Assembly (NCBI GenBank): GCA_030704615.1
Contig: CM060733.1
Span: 74,896,001 to 74,960,000 of the forward strand
DNA: 64,000 nt
Reading direction: 5' to 3'
Origin: Takakia lepidozioides
Taxonomy: Eukaryota > Plantae > Bryophyta
A program made the translations under genes and the position numbers. Shown here one piece after another: positions 12,523-24,405 of this stretch. Under the pieces are notes generated by a model, which did no database searches, was not told the origin of the DNA, and saw only the letters and a list, made by a program, of their open reading frames with translations. How positions within the stretch are numbered: position 1 is the first letter of the stretch; every line of letters begins with the position of its first letter.

Positions 12523-12949
12523 ATTTTAGGGTAATCGTGAACACAGAGGAGGGCTGGGCCTTGGCGTTTTTTTTTGTCTCCTGCGCCACACCATGTAGCC
12601 GAGGGATGGAACGCGATGATCACAGGATATGCAGGGGCGTGGGATGGAGGCGTTGAGCAAATGATGTAGGAAGGAGGAGACGAGGAGAAGCTCGCAATAT
12701 TCTTGCGAGCTCGTCGTTCTTGGGAGAGTTAGCTTGGTCTTAGCAGGCCGTGTTTCAATCTTTGCCTACTCAGCTGCACTGTGGTGGTTTGATCTCACAG
12801 ACCAATCCGACATTACCTGACTACAGACACAAGCAGCACACACAAGAGGTCCTTTTGGGTTGATGGTCGGTCAAGTCATGACACAAACTCAAGGACAATG
12901 TGCTGAGGGCATCTTCTTCTTTGACCTATTTCAGCCTGTTTTGCCCTCT

Positions 12950-13072
12950 CACATCATGTTTTTGTGCATTGCAATGCTTGTGCAAGGCTGGCAGCCCTTG
13001 AGAAGAGCAAAGAGGTGCATGGGGATATCATCAAAGCTGGAATTGTACCTAATGTCATTCTAAACACTGCCC
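12950..13072 (+). pseudogene. PPR fragment inverted relative to the tandem array
   Basis: NACARLAALEKSKEVHGDIIKAGIVPNVILNTA on the + strand, closely matching the array unit on the - strand. Confidence 0.85.
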
Positions 13073-13689
13073 AACTTTTTGACTTTTTAACCTTTTGCAC
13101 TTTGATTCATTCTAGGTCAGAGGCTAAAATCCTGCTACCAGACTTGTCTAGAAAACCAAAACACCACGTAGAAAACATTTGATAATGGTAAAATATATTA
13201 CCATTGGGCTGGTTTGAACACTTGTTAGTAAATTTAGATTAGGATTTTTAGGTTAGGATTTTTTCGAAATATTTTGGTTTTTTCTTTGATGTGTGAGATG
13301 ACAAAGTCCAAGCATGTCACATAAACAAGGAGTTCCACGTAAGGATGATGCAAGTGATTTGTGGCAAAAAGTGTAAATCATGCCTATGCCTATTTGTCCT
13401 AGTTGTGTCATAGGTTGCAACGGAACGGGGCCACCTTTGAATGCGACCCCCATGCTCATTTCACCATTATAGACTTCATAATGTAGAGATTGAAAATGGG
13501 GTGTAGCAGGGGGTGATTCTTCACTTGCTAGTAGCCCATCGTGCAGATTTCTAAACATGAACATGAAGTTCATAATCATTTTCCAAGGGCATCATTCTCA
13601 AACTCCCCATACACCACAATCAGTGGAAATAATTGTATGTTCCCATTTCACACAGGTGTGTAACATGCCATGTAAACTAAGCTAACCCT

Positions 13690-13874
13690 TGCCACGCTCA
13701 TGGCTGTTTTCACACCGTTCTTGACTGGGGTGTGGACCACATGTGAGACACCCCACAGTTAGGGCATATTTAGACCCACACCTTGGCTCAGTGTACAGAC
13801 CCGTGATAAAAGCCGTGGAATGTGTCAGGTGTGAGATGGCAGAGCCGTGGAAAAAGCCGGTTTCTCTTCCAGTG
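13690..13874. mobile_element. Orphan CACTA-like right terminus
   Basis: Ends GCCGTGGAAAAAGCCGGTTTCTCTTCCAGTG (reverse complement CACTGGAAGAG...), nearly identical to the terminus at 24375-24405. Confidence 0.5.
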
Positions 13875-14079
13875 TACGGACGTTGGACCCGTAGTAGCCC
13901 AAGTGCAACTATGAACAAAAAATGAAAACCACGAGGAATGCGCAACTAGCTCGTCTTCAGCCTAAGTGCTTGGGACAAACAGAAGGAAAAAAAAAGACGA
14001 GGAGTGAGACACATACCCGGCACAATACATGGGCCACAAAATATTTCACCAATCCTAGTATATCGCGTGTCCAAGTGAG

Positions 14080-15200
14080 TGTGAAAACACCTATTCTATC
14101 CAGAGTCAATGACACACATAATCGTGTAAAACATAGAACTAGATTAAATAGATCTTACATCAAGAGAGAAAGTGTTCACAAGAGAGATCTGCACTCTCTG
14201 TGTCTCGGCTGAGTCTGGTGGTTCTACATCTAGCTCTGTACCGTTCCACACTCCTTGGTGACGTCAACCACCTAACCACTTCAGATGTAAGACTTGGATG
14301 GAACTGCACATCCTTAATCTATAACTAGTACATCCTACACTATACACTAACAGAGAATTATAGATGTATTCCTTCACTCCCACTAATACTCTGGCAATAT
14401 ATACGTAGTGTCTTCCATCTTGTCTGAATCTTGCTCTTGCTTCTTGTTCCACTTCAATCCAGCCCCTCTCGCACAAAGAAAGTGTTTCTCCTTCGGAACG
14501 CTCTTCGTCAAGAAATCAGCAATCATTTCAGATGTTGGAAGGTACTCCAGTGTCACTTCCTTCGACTGGACCTTTTCTCGTATGTAGTGATACTGGATGT
14601 CAATATGCTTACTACGAGCATGAAACTTAGGATTTGCAGATAGCGCTATCGCACTTTGATTATCTGCATAAATTATAGTAGTATTCTTCTGAACAAATCC
14701 CAAGTCCATCATCAGACTCCTGAGCCACACTGCCTCTACTGCAGCCTTTGATAAAGCCATGTATTCGGATTCAGTACTTGACAAAGCCACGAACCTCTGC
14801 TTTTTGCTTGACCAGCTTACAACACCACCTGCTAGCTTGAAACAAAAACCCGATGTTGAATGTCGAGTGTCTATGTCTCCAGCCCCATCTGCGTCTGAAA
14901 AACCTATTAGGGTTGCTCATTTGTCCGATTTAAAATACTAAATTCCAATGTGAAGAGTGCCTTTTATGTACCTCATCACCCTCTTTGCTGCCTACCAATT
15001 AGGCTCTCCGGGGTTCGATAGGAATTGAGCGAGACTACCCACTGCAAATGAGCAATCAAGTCGGGTGTTGACAACAGCATGCATCAAACAACAGACTGCT
15101 TGTGAATAAGACACTTCTTGTATCAAAGCTTTTCCATATTCAGTTTCTGGGCAATCTGACTTTGTTAGCTTCTCCCTGGTCTCCATTGGGGTGCTAATTG
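14080..15200 (-). mobile_element. Ty1/copia remnant: RT C-terminus, RNase H, PPT and 3' LTR; truncated by the CACTA insertion
   Basis: AVCCLMHAVVNTRLDCSFAVGSLAQF; ALSSTESEYMAL..DNQSAIAL..HARSKHIDIQYHYIRE..MIADFLTK. PPT AGTGGGAG (14377-14384) is followed by TG (LTR start at 14376). The left LTR edge is approximate. Confidence 0.9.
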
Positions 15201-15785
15201 CACTACAGCAAATGGGGGGGTGGGGTTGTGATGCCAGCCGCGCCCCCACGCCCCGCGCGGTGCCGAGGATGCGACGCCAACCCCGTGGAGCGTGTTTGCG
15301 ACGTCGGGCCGTCGCAGCCAAACCCCGCGGGAGTGAAACCTGGCGCCGGGGCCAGGCGGCGACGTCTGGCCGTCGCACGGAGTGATGAAGGAAAAATGGC
15401 AGCCCTTCCGTGCGACGCCTAAGCGTCGCCCCCAGCGAAGGGCAGAAGGCAGCCCTTTCTGGCGATGGTCGGTCGTCGCACGCCGGAAAAAAAAAAAACC
15501 ATTTCTTGCCATTTCTTTCAACGCAACCCTTTCTTGCGACGCCGGCCGTTGTATGGTGGCATGACGGGCGAAAGGCCCCTGCGACGGCCGGCGTCGCAAA
15601 TTGCCCGGCTGCCCTATTCTTTCAAAACAAAAAAAAATGTCACAGTTTGCGACGGCTATCCGTCGCCGTTTGCGACCCCCGGCCTCATAAATCCAAGAAA
15701 ACGCGTCGCAGTTTGCGACACGTGGGGGTCGCAGGAGGCGACGGCAGTGCTTTCTAGGTTTAGGTTTAGGGCCTTTGGGGTTCTT

Positions 15786-15817
<32 letters not shown>

Positions 15818-16075
15818 CATATGGTACTGGGTAGGTGTTTGTTTTTCTTTATGGTTTAGCTTGTTGTTGTGGACCTTCTTGTAGATTGTGACATTCATTT
15901 TGATAATTCTCTTGATACCACATCTGTATGTGTTGCTCAACATATTCATTGCCTGCCTTCTTTCTTGAAAGACTACCAGCCACAGCCATATTTGATTAAT
16001 CATAGGAATAAAGTACAATATGCATGTACATGTACAATCAATCGAAGGGATGGGTCCAGTTCGGTGCGAGAATTG

Positions 16076-19000
16076 TTATGTAGCTTTGATTTTGTGTCTA
16101 ATCAACTTGAACATCATCATCCGGAGCCTCTTCATCCTCATCAAGCTGCAAGTCTTCTTGGTCATCGGAGTCATCGTCATAAATGGCCCGGCCCTCAAAA
16201 GCACCTCCGAATCATCCTCCACCTCGTTGTCAATGGCCGTGTCTTCGTCTCCTTCTCCAACATCCGTATCTTCTAGAGCTTCATCATATAGGGTCCAGGA
16301 TGCATTGTCCGGGGCGTCATCATCCTCTTCTACCCCCTCTACCCAACCTCCATCATCAGCATCATTATGACCAGTCTCTCCGTCCACCGCAATTGCCTCA
16401 CCCCATGGAGATCCGAGACCATGATAGATACGTCTTTTTCTTGGCTGAGATGCACAACCACCTTCCAATTCCCCCCTCTTGTTTTGTCATCGGAGAAGAA
16501 AACTTGCTCCATGTCTGAAGGCCGTGAAAAAGGCTCATCGGAGGGACGATGAGTGGGTTGAGCCTATCTGCATTGACGCGCATGAAACCACAATCATCTT
16601 GCACTAGTGTTGCGGAGGGCCCCACAAGATGTGGCTGGAACCACCTTCCCTTGAAGAGAAGAGGCCGGTACCTTGTATACTGAAGTTGGAGTATGCTCTC
16701 AAGCTCTCCAATGTACTCAAGTTTGCTCATAGCAGGTCGTGTATCTCCCTTGCCCCACACGGAGTCTTGCCAATATGTGGCACACAAGCCAGAATCAAGG
16801 TTGTTTTGCGCTTCATGTCAAGAGCACGAATGCGGAAATGACGACCGTGAACCCAAACCGCCGTGTATGAGGTCGCGAATTGAGAGGGCCCCTTGCAATG
16901 TCTTGCACCAAATCTGAAACCACCTCTCCTTGAGCAACGGCGTCATAAACTGAAGTCCGAAGCCACTGTTGGAATGAACTTAGAGGCTGCAATTCCATGG
17001 GCAAATTTTGTGAAGGAACATTCCGGCGGCCCGCTCCTCGTCGTGGGCGTCTAGTAACCGGCCTTGGATGGTTCCGCCTCCATGCAAGCGTCTCCTCCTC
17101 TCATTGCTGAACAAGATTATTGTATCTTGCCTCCCACTCATGTATGGATGGGGTGTTCTTCAGTATGAAGTCATGCGCTTGCTCAATCACCAAGGTCGGC
17201 AATTTTACCCTCTTCGATTTTTTGGGCAAAACGATGTCATTGGTTCGTGCATCCTCCTCTTCCTTCCACATCCGAGGGGATTCCTCATCCACCCTTGCCA
17301 TGTACTCCGTGCAATAGAACATAGCTTCTTGCAACGTATACCCCTCCGCCATGCTACCCTCCGGTGCGCCATTTGTCTTACAAATCCTTTCAAAGTCTTC
17401 ATATAACGCTCAAGGAAGTACATCCACCGAGAATGAACGGGGCCGGCAATCGAAGCCTCTTCCACTAAGTGCACTACCAAGTGCACTTGGATGTCAAAGA
17501 AGGAGGGAGGAAGGTGCATCTCCAACATACACATTACCTCCGCCGCCTCCTTCTTCATGCGTGGAAAATCTGCTTCTTCCAACTCTTTGGAGCAAATCCA
17601 CCGGAACAAGCCTCCCAATCTATAGATTGTCTCACGAACCTCGGGAGTCAATGTCCCACGTACTGCAATGGGCAAGATGTCTTGCAATAGATTGTGGTAG
17701 TCATGAGACTTCAAACCATGGACCCCGTCTTCTTCGCTGAACTTCGTACGGAGGGATGACCCATAACCAGTTGGTGTTCGGACAACACTTATGGTGGCTA
17801 TCACTTTCTTGTATTCCTCCTTTGTCCATTGCCAAGGTGCGCGCCTATACTTCCACCGTACAACACCCTTTGGGTCCACACCATTTTGTTCGGCCATAGA
17901 TGGCGCATGCGACCCTGCTCCTCAAGCTCCTTTCTAACACCGAGAGAATCTCCTTTTGCAGCCACTCCCTTCTTTGCCGGCGTGCCATGAAGAACCCGAA
18001 AAAGGGACGAGCAGACATTCTTCTCAATATGCATGGGATCTAGAAGATGGCGAATCTTCAGGTCCTACATATATCCCCACCCACAAAGACTTACACAAAT
18101 TTTTACGTGAAAGTGACAATGCAACGCATACCAAATGTGCAATATCACATGTATGTACCGCCCAATATGGCAACTCGTAGAAGATTGAAAGTCGTTTCAT
18201 GCCGGGCACGTCCACTTCACCGTCCGTGCCCGCATGGGCCTCCTTCCATCGGTCCTCCCAAAACTGCCCGGACGGTGTCATAGGGGGGGGACGTACTTCT
18301 CTTTGCCATCAAACAAGTGTTTCTCTTTCTTCTCCATCGATGGCTCATAGGAAGAAATTTGCGGTAGTTGGGATACACCATCTTGTGAAGATGGCGGGAG
18401 CTATGTGCATCAAGATCATCGCCACAATGCAAGCATGCATGGTACCCTTTGGTGCTTAGCCCCGAGCAAACAGTTAGTCATGTACTACATCCCGCCACAT
18501 TAGCAAAAACAAAAAGTTGTCATGTGCATGGCCCATAATGTCATCTACCCCACTACGGTGCACAAGACTGTCGCCGCTACTTCAATCAATCCCAATCCTC
18601 ATCCTCATCCGGCATTGACAAGTGAATGTACGCGGGTTGTTCATGGGGAACATAATATACCTGGATAATCATGCATTGTCCAAAGCAAGATGCCTCTCAT
18701 CTGAAAAGATTGTCCGGCCATAGGGTCAAGTGAAGCATCCAATGCCGGGACCCCCCTCCATAGCTCTTTAAGTTCATCAACAAGAGGTCGCAAGTACGTG
18801 TCCATGTTTGCCACTTGTTTTTTCCCTTTGAGACATTCACATCATTGTTTCAATGCTCCACCAATATGCAGATTATACTACAAAATGAATTACACGTCTT
18901 ACTCCATGATTATGTCACTCATCAATCTTGCATCCGAATTGCGTCAAAGATCAGAAGTTTAATGTAAAGTCGAAGGCAATAATAAACATGAAATGAGTAC

Positions 19001-20205
19001 ACTCACCTGGCACAATGGCAGCCAACATGATATGGCCTTTTTTAATTGAAAGATACGGAGGGATGTTGTAATTCACCATGGTCACCGCCAAGTGGAATGA
19101 CTACATGACTGGACAGAGAATGGGTTGACCCCATCCGAGGAGAAGCCGAGGTGGACATGTCGTGGGTCCTCCAAGAGAAAAGCCACATCTCTTCAATATG
19201 CCTCCATGCTTGTGAATCTTGTGGCCCGCACACCTTTCCCGGGGGGCTCCGATGCGAGGCGTGCCATCTCATGAGTCTGGCCAATTCGGGGCTTCGGTAT
19301 TGTGCCCTCAATCGCGGGATGATCGAAAAGTAATGCATTTTCTAGGATGAAATACCCCACGCCCCCCACATGTAATCATCCCATTAGCACATATAATACA
19401 ACACCCTTATGCTTTCCCTTTATGCAGCCTCTCCCTCATTTGGGTGTGAATGGTCAAAACCAAACGTCGCTCCTTCCACTCCTCACTCACTCCTTCCAAA
19501 ACCACAATCAGATCTTGCATGAGTACTACTCTCTAATAATCTCCATGCGAGGGGAATGCACTTATACCTTGCGTGGTACTTTTTCCCCTTGACATCATCC
19601 CGATATCGGTCTTTCTTGCACTTTGGGCACTTGGTGAGATGCGAATCCTCTCCGTAGTATAGGGTTTTATCACATGGACATGCATGAAAAATCTTATAGC
19701 CCATCCCCACAGAGTCCAAGACTTCGCGCGCCTCTTTCCGCGACCGTGGCATCTTGGGTTTCAAGTGTGGAGCAAGGATATAGTCTGCAATAGTTCGCAT
19801 TATGGCAGACATCCCAACTTTACTTATGCCAAATCGAATTTGAAGATTGAGCAAAAGTAAGATTGTTGAAAGTCGACTCACTTTCGCCCCTTCGTACAAG
19901 GGAGTTCTCGCCTCCCTCTCCATGTCATTTGAGGGGGCCATTTCAGGATCATCGATTGGCCGGGTTCCCTCTTCATGGGATGCATCAGCGCCCACATGAT
20001 GCATTAAGAGATCCTCCATGGCTTGCACATCCTCCTGGTTAATTCCATGCTCATTGTTGTTGTCACTGTCACTATCACTGTCATCGTCATCATCGTCCGG
20101 TACCGTGGGGGCGGCGTCTCGCCCACGGCTCCCGCCTGATGTACTTGGGTTGTTTTCGGATGGGGTGCCAAGAGAAAAGACCGGGAAGGGATGGACAAAG
20201 TCCTG
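16076..20205 (-). pseudogene. CACTA transposase (TnpD; Transposase_21 / DUF4218 / DUF4216-type), spliced and frameshifted
   Basis: HACPCDKTLY..CPKCKKDRY, MHYFSIIPRL, SSDGVNPF, WTMHDYP, LSIFYELPYW, MHIEKNV, GLKSHDYH, PPSFFDIQVHLVVHL..GPVHSRWMYFLERYMKTLK, YIGELESILQLQY..LFKGRWF. GT-AG introns at about 19569-19343, 19007-18830 and 18157-18065. Confidence 0.93.
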
Positions 20206-21180
20206 ATACGAACAAATGAACATAGGGACATGTATTATAATGTGTCCTTGCAACCATACACTTCATTATAAGCGAAATGCAAACAACAACCTTCAATGTG
20301 TGTGTGCATCAAATATGTCATTCAATAATTACATGTATGTGCGCAACGTACACGCATGCAAAGTTTCAAACCCAAACAAAATCATTTGCCCCCCCAATGA
20401 CGCATTCACCCTATCAACCAATTTTTGTTTATTAATGTGAAAGAAAATCCTCTCATGCCATTGCACCCAACAAACGGATGTGGCTCAAGCTTCATTTTTT
20501 CCTACATGTGCTTAAATATGTGTGCAACACCTGTACAAAGATCCAGCAGAGAAAAAAAAAAAAAAAAAAATGCCTCCCCAACGACGCACTCACCCTTGCA
20601 CCAATTTTGAATTAAATCGAATTTAAATGAATTTAAAATAAAAAAAATTGCATTTAGAAAATATATGATTGGGTTTTGAGGGCTGTAATGATTTTATTTT
20701 TAGCTCTATTTTGTTCTGTGACATCGGCTTTGCACCACTACATCCATGCAAAAATGGGACAAAAAAAAAATGGAAAAAAAATAAGTGTGTTTCTAGGGTC
20801 ACTTTTGCAGAACTCTCTATAAAGAGTGCATGAAGTTGAAGATAATTCAACTTTGGAGTGCAAATGAGAGAACAAAATCTGGTTATGGGTCCAAATGACT
20901 TTTGTTTACTCCCAAATTTTGCACGCACATTGCATATGCTATCTCAAAGCATATGGCTTGAAAATGGAAAAAAAAAAAATCATCTGCAGGCGAAACACAA
21001 TTTTTCATCTCTATGACACGTAGCTGCGTTCAATACTAGAATGACCCATTGAATCAACTTGGTTCAAGCTCATATTTGGTCCACATGTGCATAAGTATGT
21101 TTAGATCACATATGCAAAGTTGCAACCCACACGAGCAACAAGAAAAAAAATTACATCAATCGATTAATCGATGACAATAT

Positions 21181-21765
21181 CTACAATGCTCCTCTACGCG
21201 ATCCGTGTCTCAAAGGAACCCTATTTCTATCATACACATCCCACTCACGCTGTAATCGGAGGTCCCAATCATCCCGGGAGAACTCGTATGATGCAAATAG
21301 TTCGCTGCCAGCCCTAATAGTCCTACTAGCACATGTCATCACAAACATGTGCATCCCCTCACAGTATACTGACGTATGACCACAAAAGCTCTCATGTCCA
21401 TCGCTTCGCTCGTCCCATACTACATTGGTTCTCCTAGGATGACCAAAAGAACTATTGACCAGCCCAGCAACATTGCCGAAGATGTCAGGGTCACCATCAC
21501 AAAATCTGATCTCAATGGGAGACAACCCCCGTCTACGTACATCCTGTCCGTTGACACACAAAATGTAGGGTAAGATGTATGGGGCTTCGAGGCGTAATGT
21601 ACGGAACTCCGCGGAGGTGTAGTATGGACCGTAGTAGGGAAACAAGTCCACCATGCTGTTTCTCCGAGGAGGAACCACAATATCATTGACCGTGAATAAA
21701 CCCCGACCCATAGCAGGGTCTGTAGCGGCTCTCACAACATACCCCCTAATATTCGAACTCCACAT
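21181..21765 (-). CDS. Compact SET-domain protein (lysine methyltransferase-like) inside the CACTA element
   Basis: SET motifs in the correct order: GRGLFT (I), PYYGPYY (II), GNVAGLVNSS..N (III, canonical NH replaced by NS) and ASRTIRAGSELFASY (IV, catalytic Tyr kept). 194 aa, uninterrupted, with no pre- or post-SET Cys clusters. The Pro-rich ORF 21746..22210 overlaps it upstream in another frame. Confidence 0.8.
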   Translation of the reverse strand: MWSSNIRGYVVRAATDPAMGRGLFTVNDIVVPPRRNSMVDLFPYYGPYYTSAEFRTLRLEAPYILPYILCVNGQDVRRRGLSPIEIRFCDGDPDIFGNVAGLVNSSFGHPRRTNVVWDERSDGHESFCGHTSVYCEGMHMFVMTCASRTIRAGSELFASYEFSRDDWDLRLQREWDVYDRNRVPLRHGSRRGAL

Positions 21766-23004
21766 TTTCTCGGATGGGGGTGGGAGGGTCGAGATGATTC
21801 CCCCAACAACGAGGTTGGACAGTCCTCAGTAACATAGTCATATGCGCTTCCCATCGGGGGAGGATCCGGCTCAGGCCGCCCAAGCCGAAGGGAGGAAACC
21901 TAGGGCGAAGCCGACCCCTCCTAGGGGTTCGGGGGGCACATGCACGTGGAGGTGGAGGTGGAGGTGGAGGTGGAGGCGGAGGTGGTGGTGGTGGTGTGGT
22001 GGAGGTGGTACTGCTGGCGGAGGAGATGAAAGTGGAGGTGGTAATTAACACACCACCAACTCTTTTTCTCAAAAACCGTTGGCAAAAAAACCCCCCTATG
22101 GTGCTAGAGCCCAAGACAATAAATCCTTCATCTCGTTCTATCTTTAGGATGCTCACACTATGGAAAAATTTGTTGAGACCCAGCGCTTTGCGATTATAAG
22201 ATTGAACCACATTTTGGGTATGTGAATCCTAATTACACCGTTTATCCTTTTAACCCCAAGACCCACAACCAAAACCGCCAATCCAAACCCAACACCATAA
22301 AAAAAGCAAACACCCTAACACCAGTACCATATGAAAAAATAAATAAAAGCTAAGAACCCAAAAGGCCCTAAACCCTAAATCAGAAAGGTCGTCGCCTCCT
22401 GCGACATCGACTGGCGTCGCATTGGATGACGAGTTTTTTTACCTAGTGACGGACAGCATCGCTAGGGGCGACATGTTTTTTATTTATGGGGCCGGGGGTC
22501 GCAAGAAACGACGGCCAGCCGTCGCAATCTTCATTTTACATTTAAAAAAAGGCGTGCGACGGCCGGCGTTTGGGCGCCGCGCCCTTTTTTTTTTTTCCTA
22601 GTGCTTTAAGCATCTCTTTCCCCTCCCGTTTTGTTGTTCATTGGGAGAGAGGTAGTTCAGAGAGTGGTTTAGGGTGGAGGAGAAACGCACATGCTGCTGC
22701 CGAGGTGGTCGCAAACCCAAGGAGTTTGCCCCAATGCTCCAACGCCCAAGGTAAGCACCGCCTCCTCCCTCACTTTCTGTCTTTCTTTCTTGCCCTAAGC
22801 ACGGGCTGATGTCTCTCTCCCCTGGTGGTAGGAACGCCGTGCAGAGGCACGACCTAACGAGCTGAAGAGAGAGAGAGAGTCGTGGTGAGCGGGGGAGAGA
22901 GACGCCCTGCAGCGGCGGGGACCCGCGCCGCTGGCAGCCGCAACAGCACCGCAACAGATCACCGCGCCAGCTCGCTTCAAGCACCAGCAGCAACAGAGGT
23001 ACGT

Positions 23005-23655
23005 CAGGGAAATTGCACTCTCCTTTTCCTCTCTGCTTATGTTTACTGTTCAAAGGTAGTCTTCATGCCCTGACTTTAAATTTAGGTCTGGTGCCAAGAG
23101 TGGGATAGACCCTTGAGTGCATCCATGATGTCCTCCCCCATGTCATAGACTGGAAACAGGTTAAGGGAAGTTTTCTTCCTAACTTCATTTTCATCGGACA
23201 ATTTTTTGGTAACAGACATGGCTTTGGACACTACACTCTCTAAGTCAGGTTTATCCAACAAGGTCAAGACTTGCGGGTCCAGATTCAGATCCTTGAGAAT
23301 CTCTTTTACTCTCTTCTCCTAGGGCTCACCTTGTTTGACAGGGCGAAGGGGCTGGGCTTTTGGCTCAGCCTCGACTTTTTCAAAGTTAGTAAACAGAGGT
23401 ACATGCACAATTCCTTTGATAGATTTGAAGAGAGCGTCTCTTTGGTGAGAGAACCCCAGATAGTGTATCAGAAAATGAGTATTGTCTTCAGATTGCCCAC
23501 GCAACGGGCAATTGCACTCTCTCTTTCCTCTCTGCTTCTGTTTGTTGTTCAACGGTAGGCTTCCTGCCCTGAGTTTAAATTTCAGTCTAGTACCGAGAGT
23601 GGGTAGACCCTTGAGGTCATCCAAGATGTCCTCCCCCATGTCACTGACTGGTAGA
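23005..23655 (-). mobile_element. Non-LTR retrotransposon (LINE) ORF2 C-terminal remnant, partly duplicated
   Basis: LKFKLRAGSLPLN..CNCPLRGQSEDNTHFLIHY resembles the degenerate CCHC end of LINE ORF2. ~23030-23150 duplicates ~23510-23650. Confidence 0.55.
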
Positions 23656-23659
23656 TGGT

Positions 23660-23850
23660 ACATAGTTTGGAGTGATTTTGACATGATACTGCCAAAGTGA
23701 CAATATGAAAGTATCCAGAAACATGTAACAGAGATGAGGAGAAGCTGTGGAATGAATGCTTTTCTGACCCCAGTCAAGGGTGGGACAACCGAGGGAAAAA
23801 TGTGAATGTCTAATAGATTACAGAGAGTAGGAGACGCAACTCACCATAGA
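23660..23850 (+). pseudogene. Second copy of the OSB-type PDF exon with its flanks
   Basis: Reverse-complement homolog of ~10385-10562. Encodes EKLWNECFSDPSQGWDNRGK. Confidence 0.75.
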
Positions 23851-24099
23851 CACTAAGGCAAACTCTCCTTCCCTGCAAAGGGTGTGTTTTGGTATCTAAG
23901 CGAATAAATATAATTTCTAAAAACATAATTTCAATATTTTGTTATTTAATAATGTTCTCATCAAGGCCACTGTCCATTTAATAATAATCATCATCATAAT
24001 AATAACAATAAATTAAATCCATTAATATTCAAACTTAATATTGGAAATCAATTAATAATTAATTAATGTGTACCACCACACAGGAACGAACACGTGTTG

Positions 24100-24405
24100 C
24101 ATAGTGACTTGTCGAAGGTGTGAAATATGACACGTGTCACATAGTGGCTTGTTCAAGGTATGAAATCCGCCGTGAAACATGCCACACTGGCCTTTTTCAC
24201 ACTCTGCCATGTCAGCGGCCATGTCACCATGCACCCCGTGAAAAAAGCCCACCCATGGAAAAAGCCTCCTGTGGACTTTTCCACAAGGCCACCCGAGAGC
24301 CAGGCCATCCACGGGGTGTCCGAAAGCACCGAAAGCACTTGGCAGGTGTGGAAACAGCAAAAAGTGTAGAAAAAGCCGTGGAAAAAGCCAGTTTCTCTTC
24401 TAGTG
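24100..24405. mobile_element. CACTA-like right end with repeated (CC)GTGGAAAA motifs
   Basis: Ends GTTTCTCTTCTAGTG (reverse complement CACTAGAAGAGAAAC). Same family as the 13874 terminus. No left end found. Confidence 0.55.

Larger units (their letters stand above)
15201..22603 (-). mobile_element. CACTA (En/Spm) DNA transposon carrying a transposase pseudogene and a SET-domain ORF
   Basis: Starts CACTACAG (15201) and ends CCTAGTG (22603). TGCGAC/GTCGCA subterminal repeats occur at both ends. Long imperfect inverted repeats ~15600-15860 and ~22290-22570 tie both ends to one family. No matching 3-bp TSD (TTG vs CTT). Confidence 0.88.

Noticed and set aside
15165-15884. Cluster of Arg/Pro-rich ORFs (also at 62244-63253)
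   Set aside because: By-products of GC-rich CACTA subterminal repeats.
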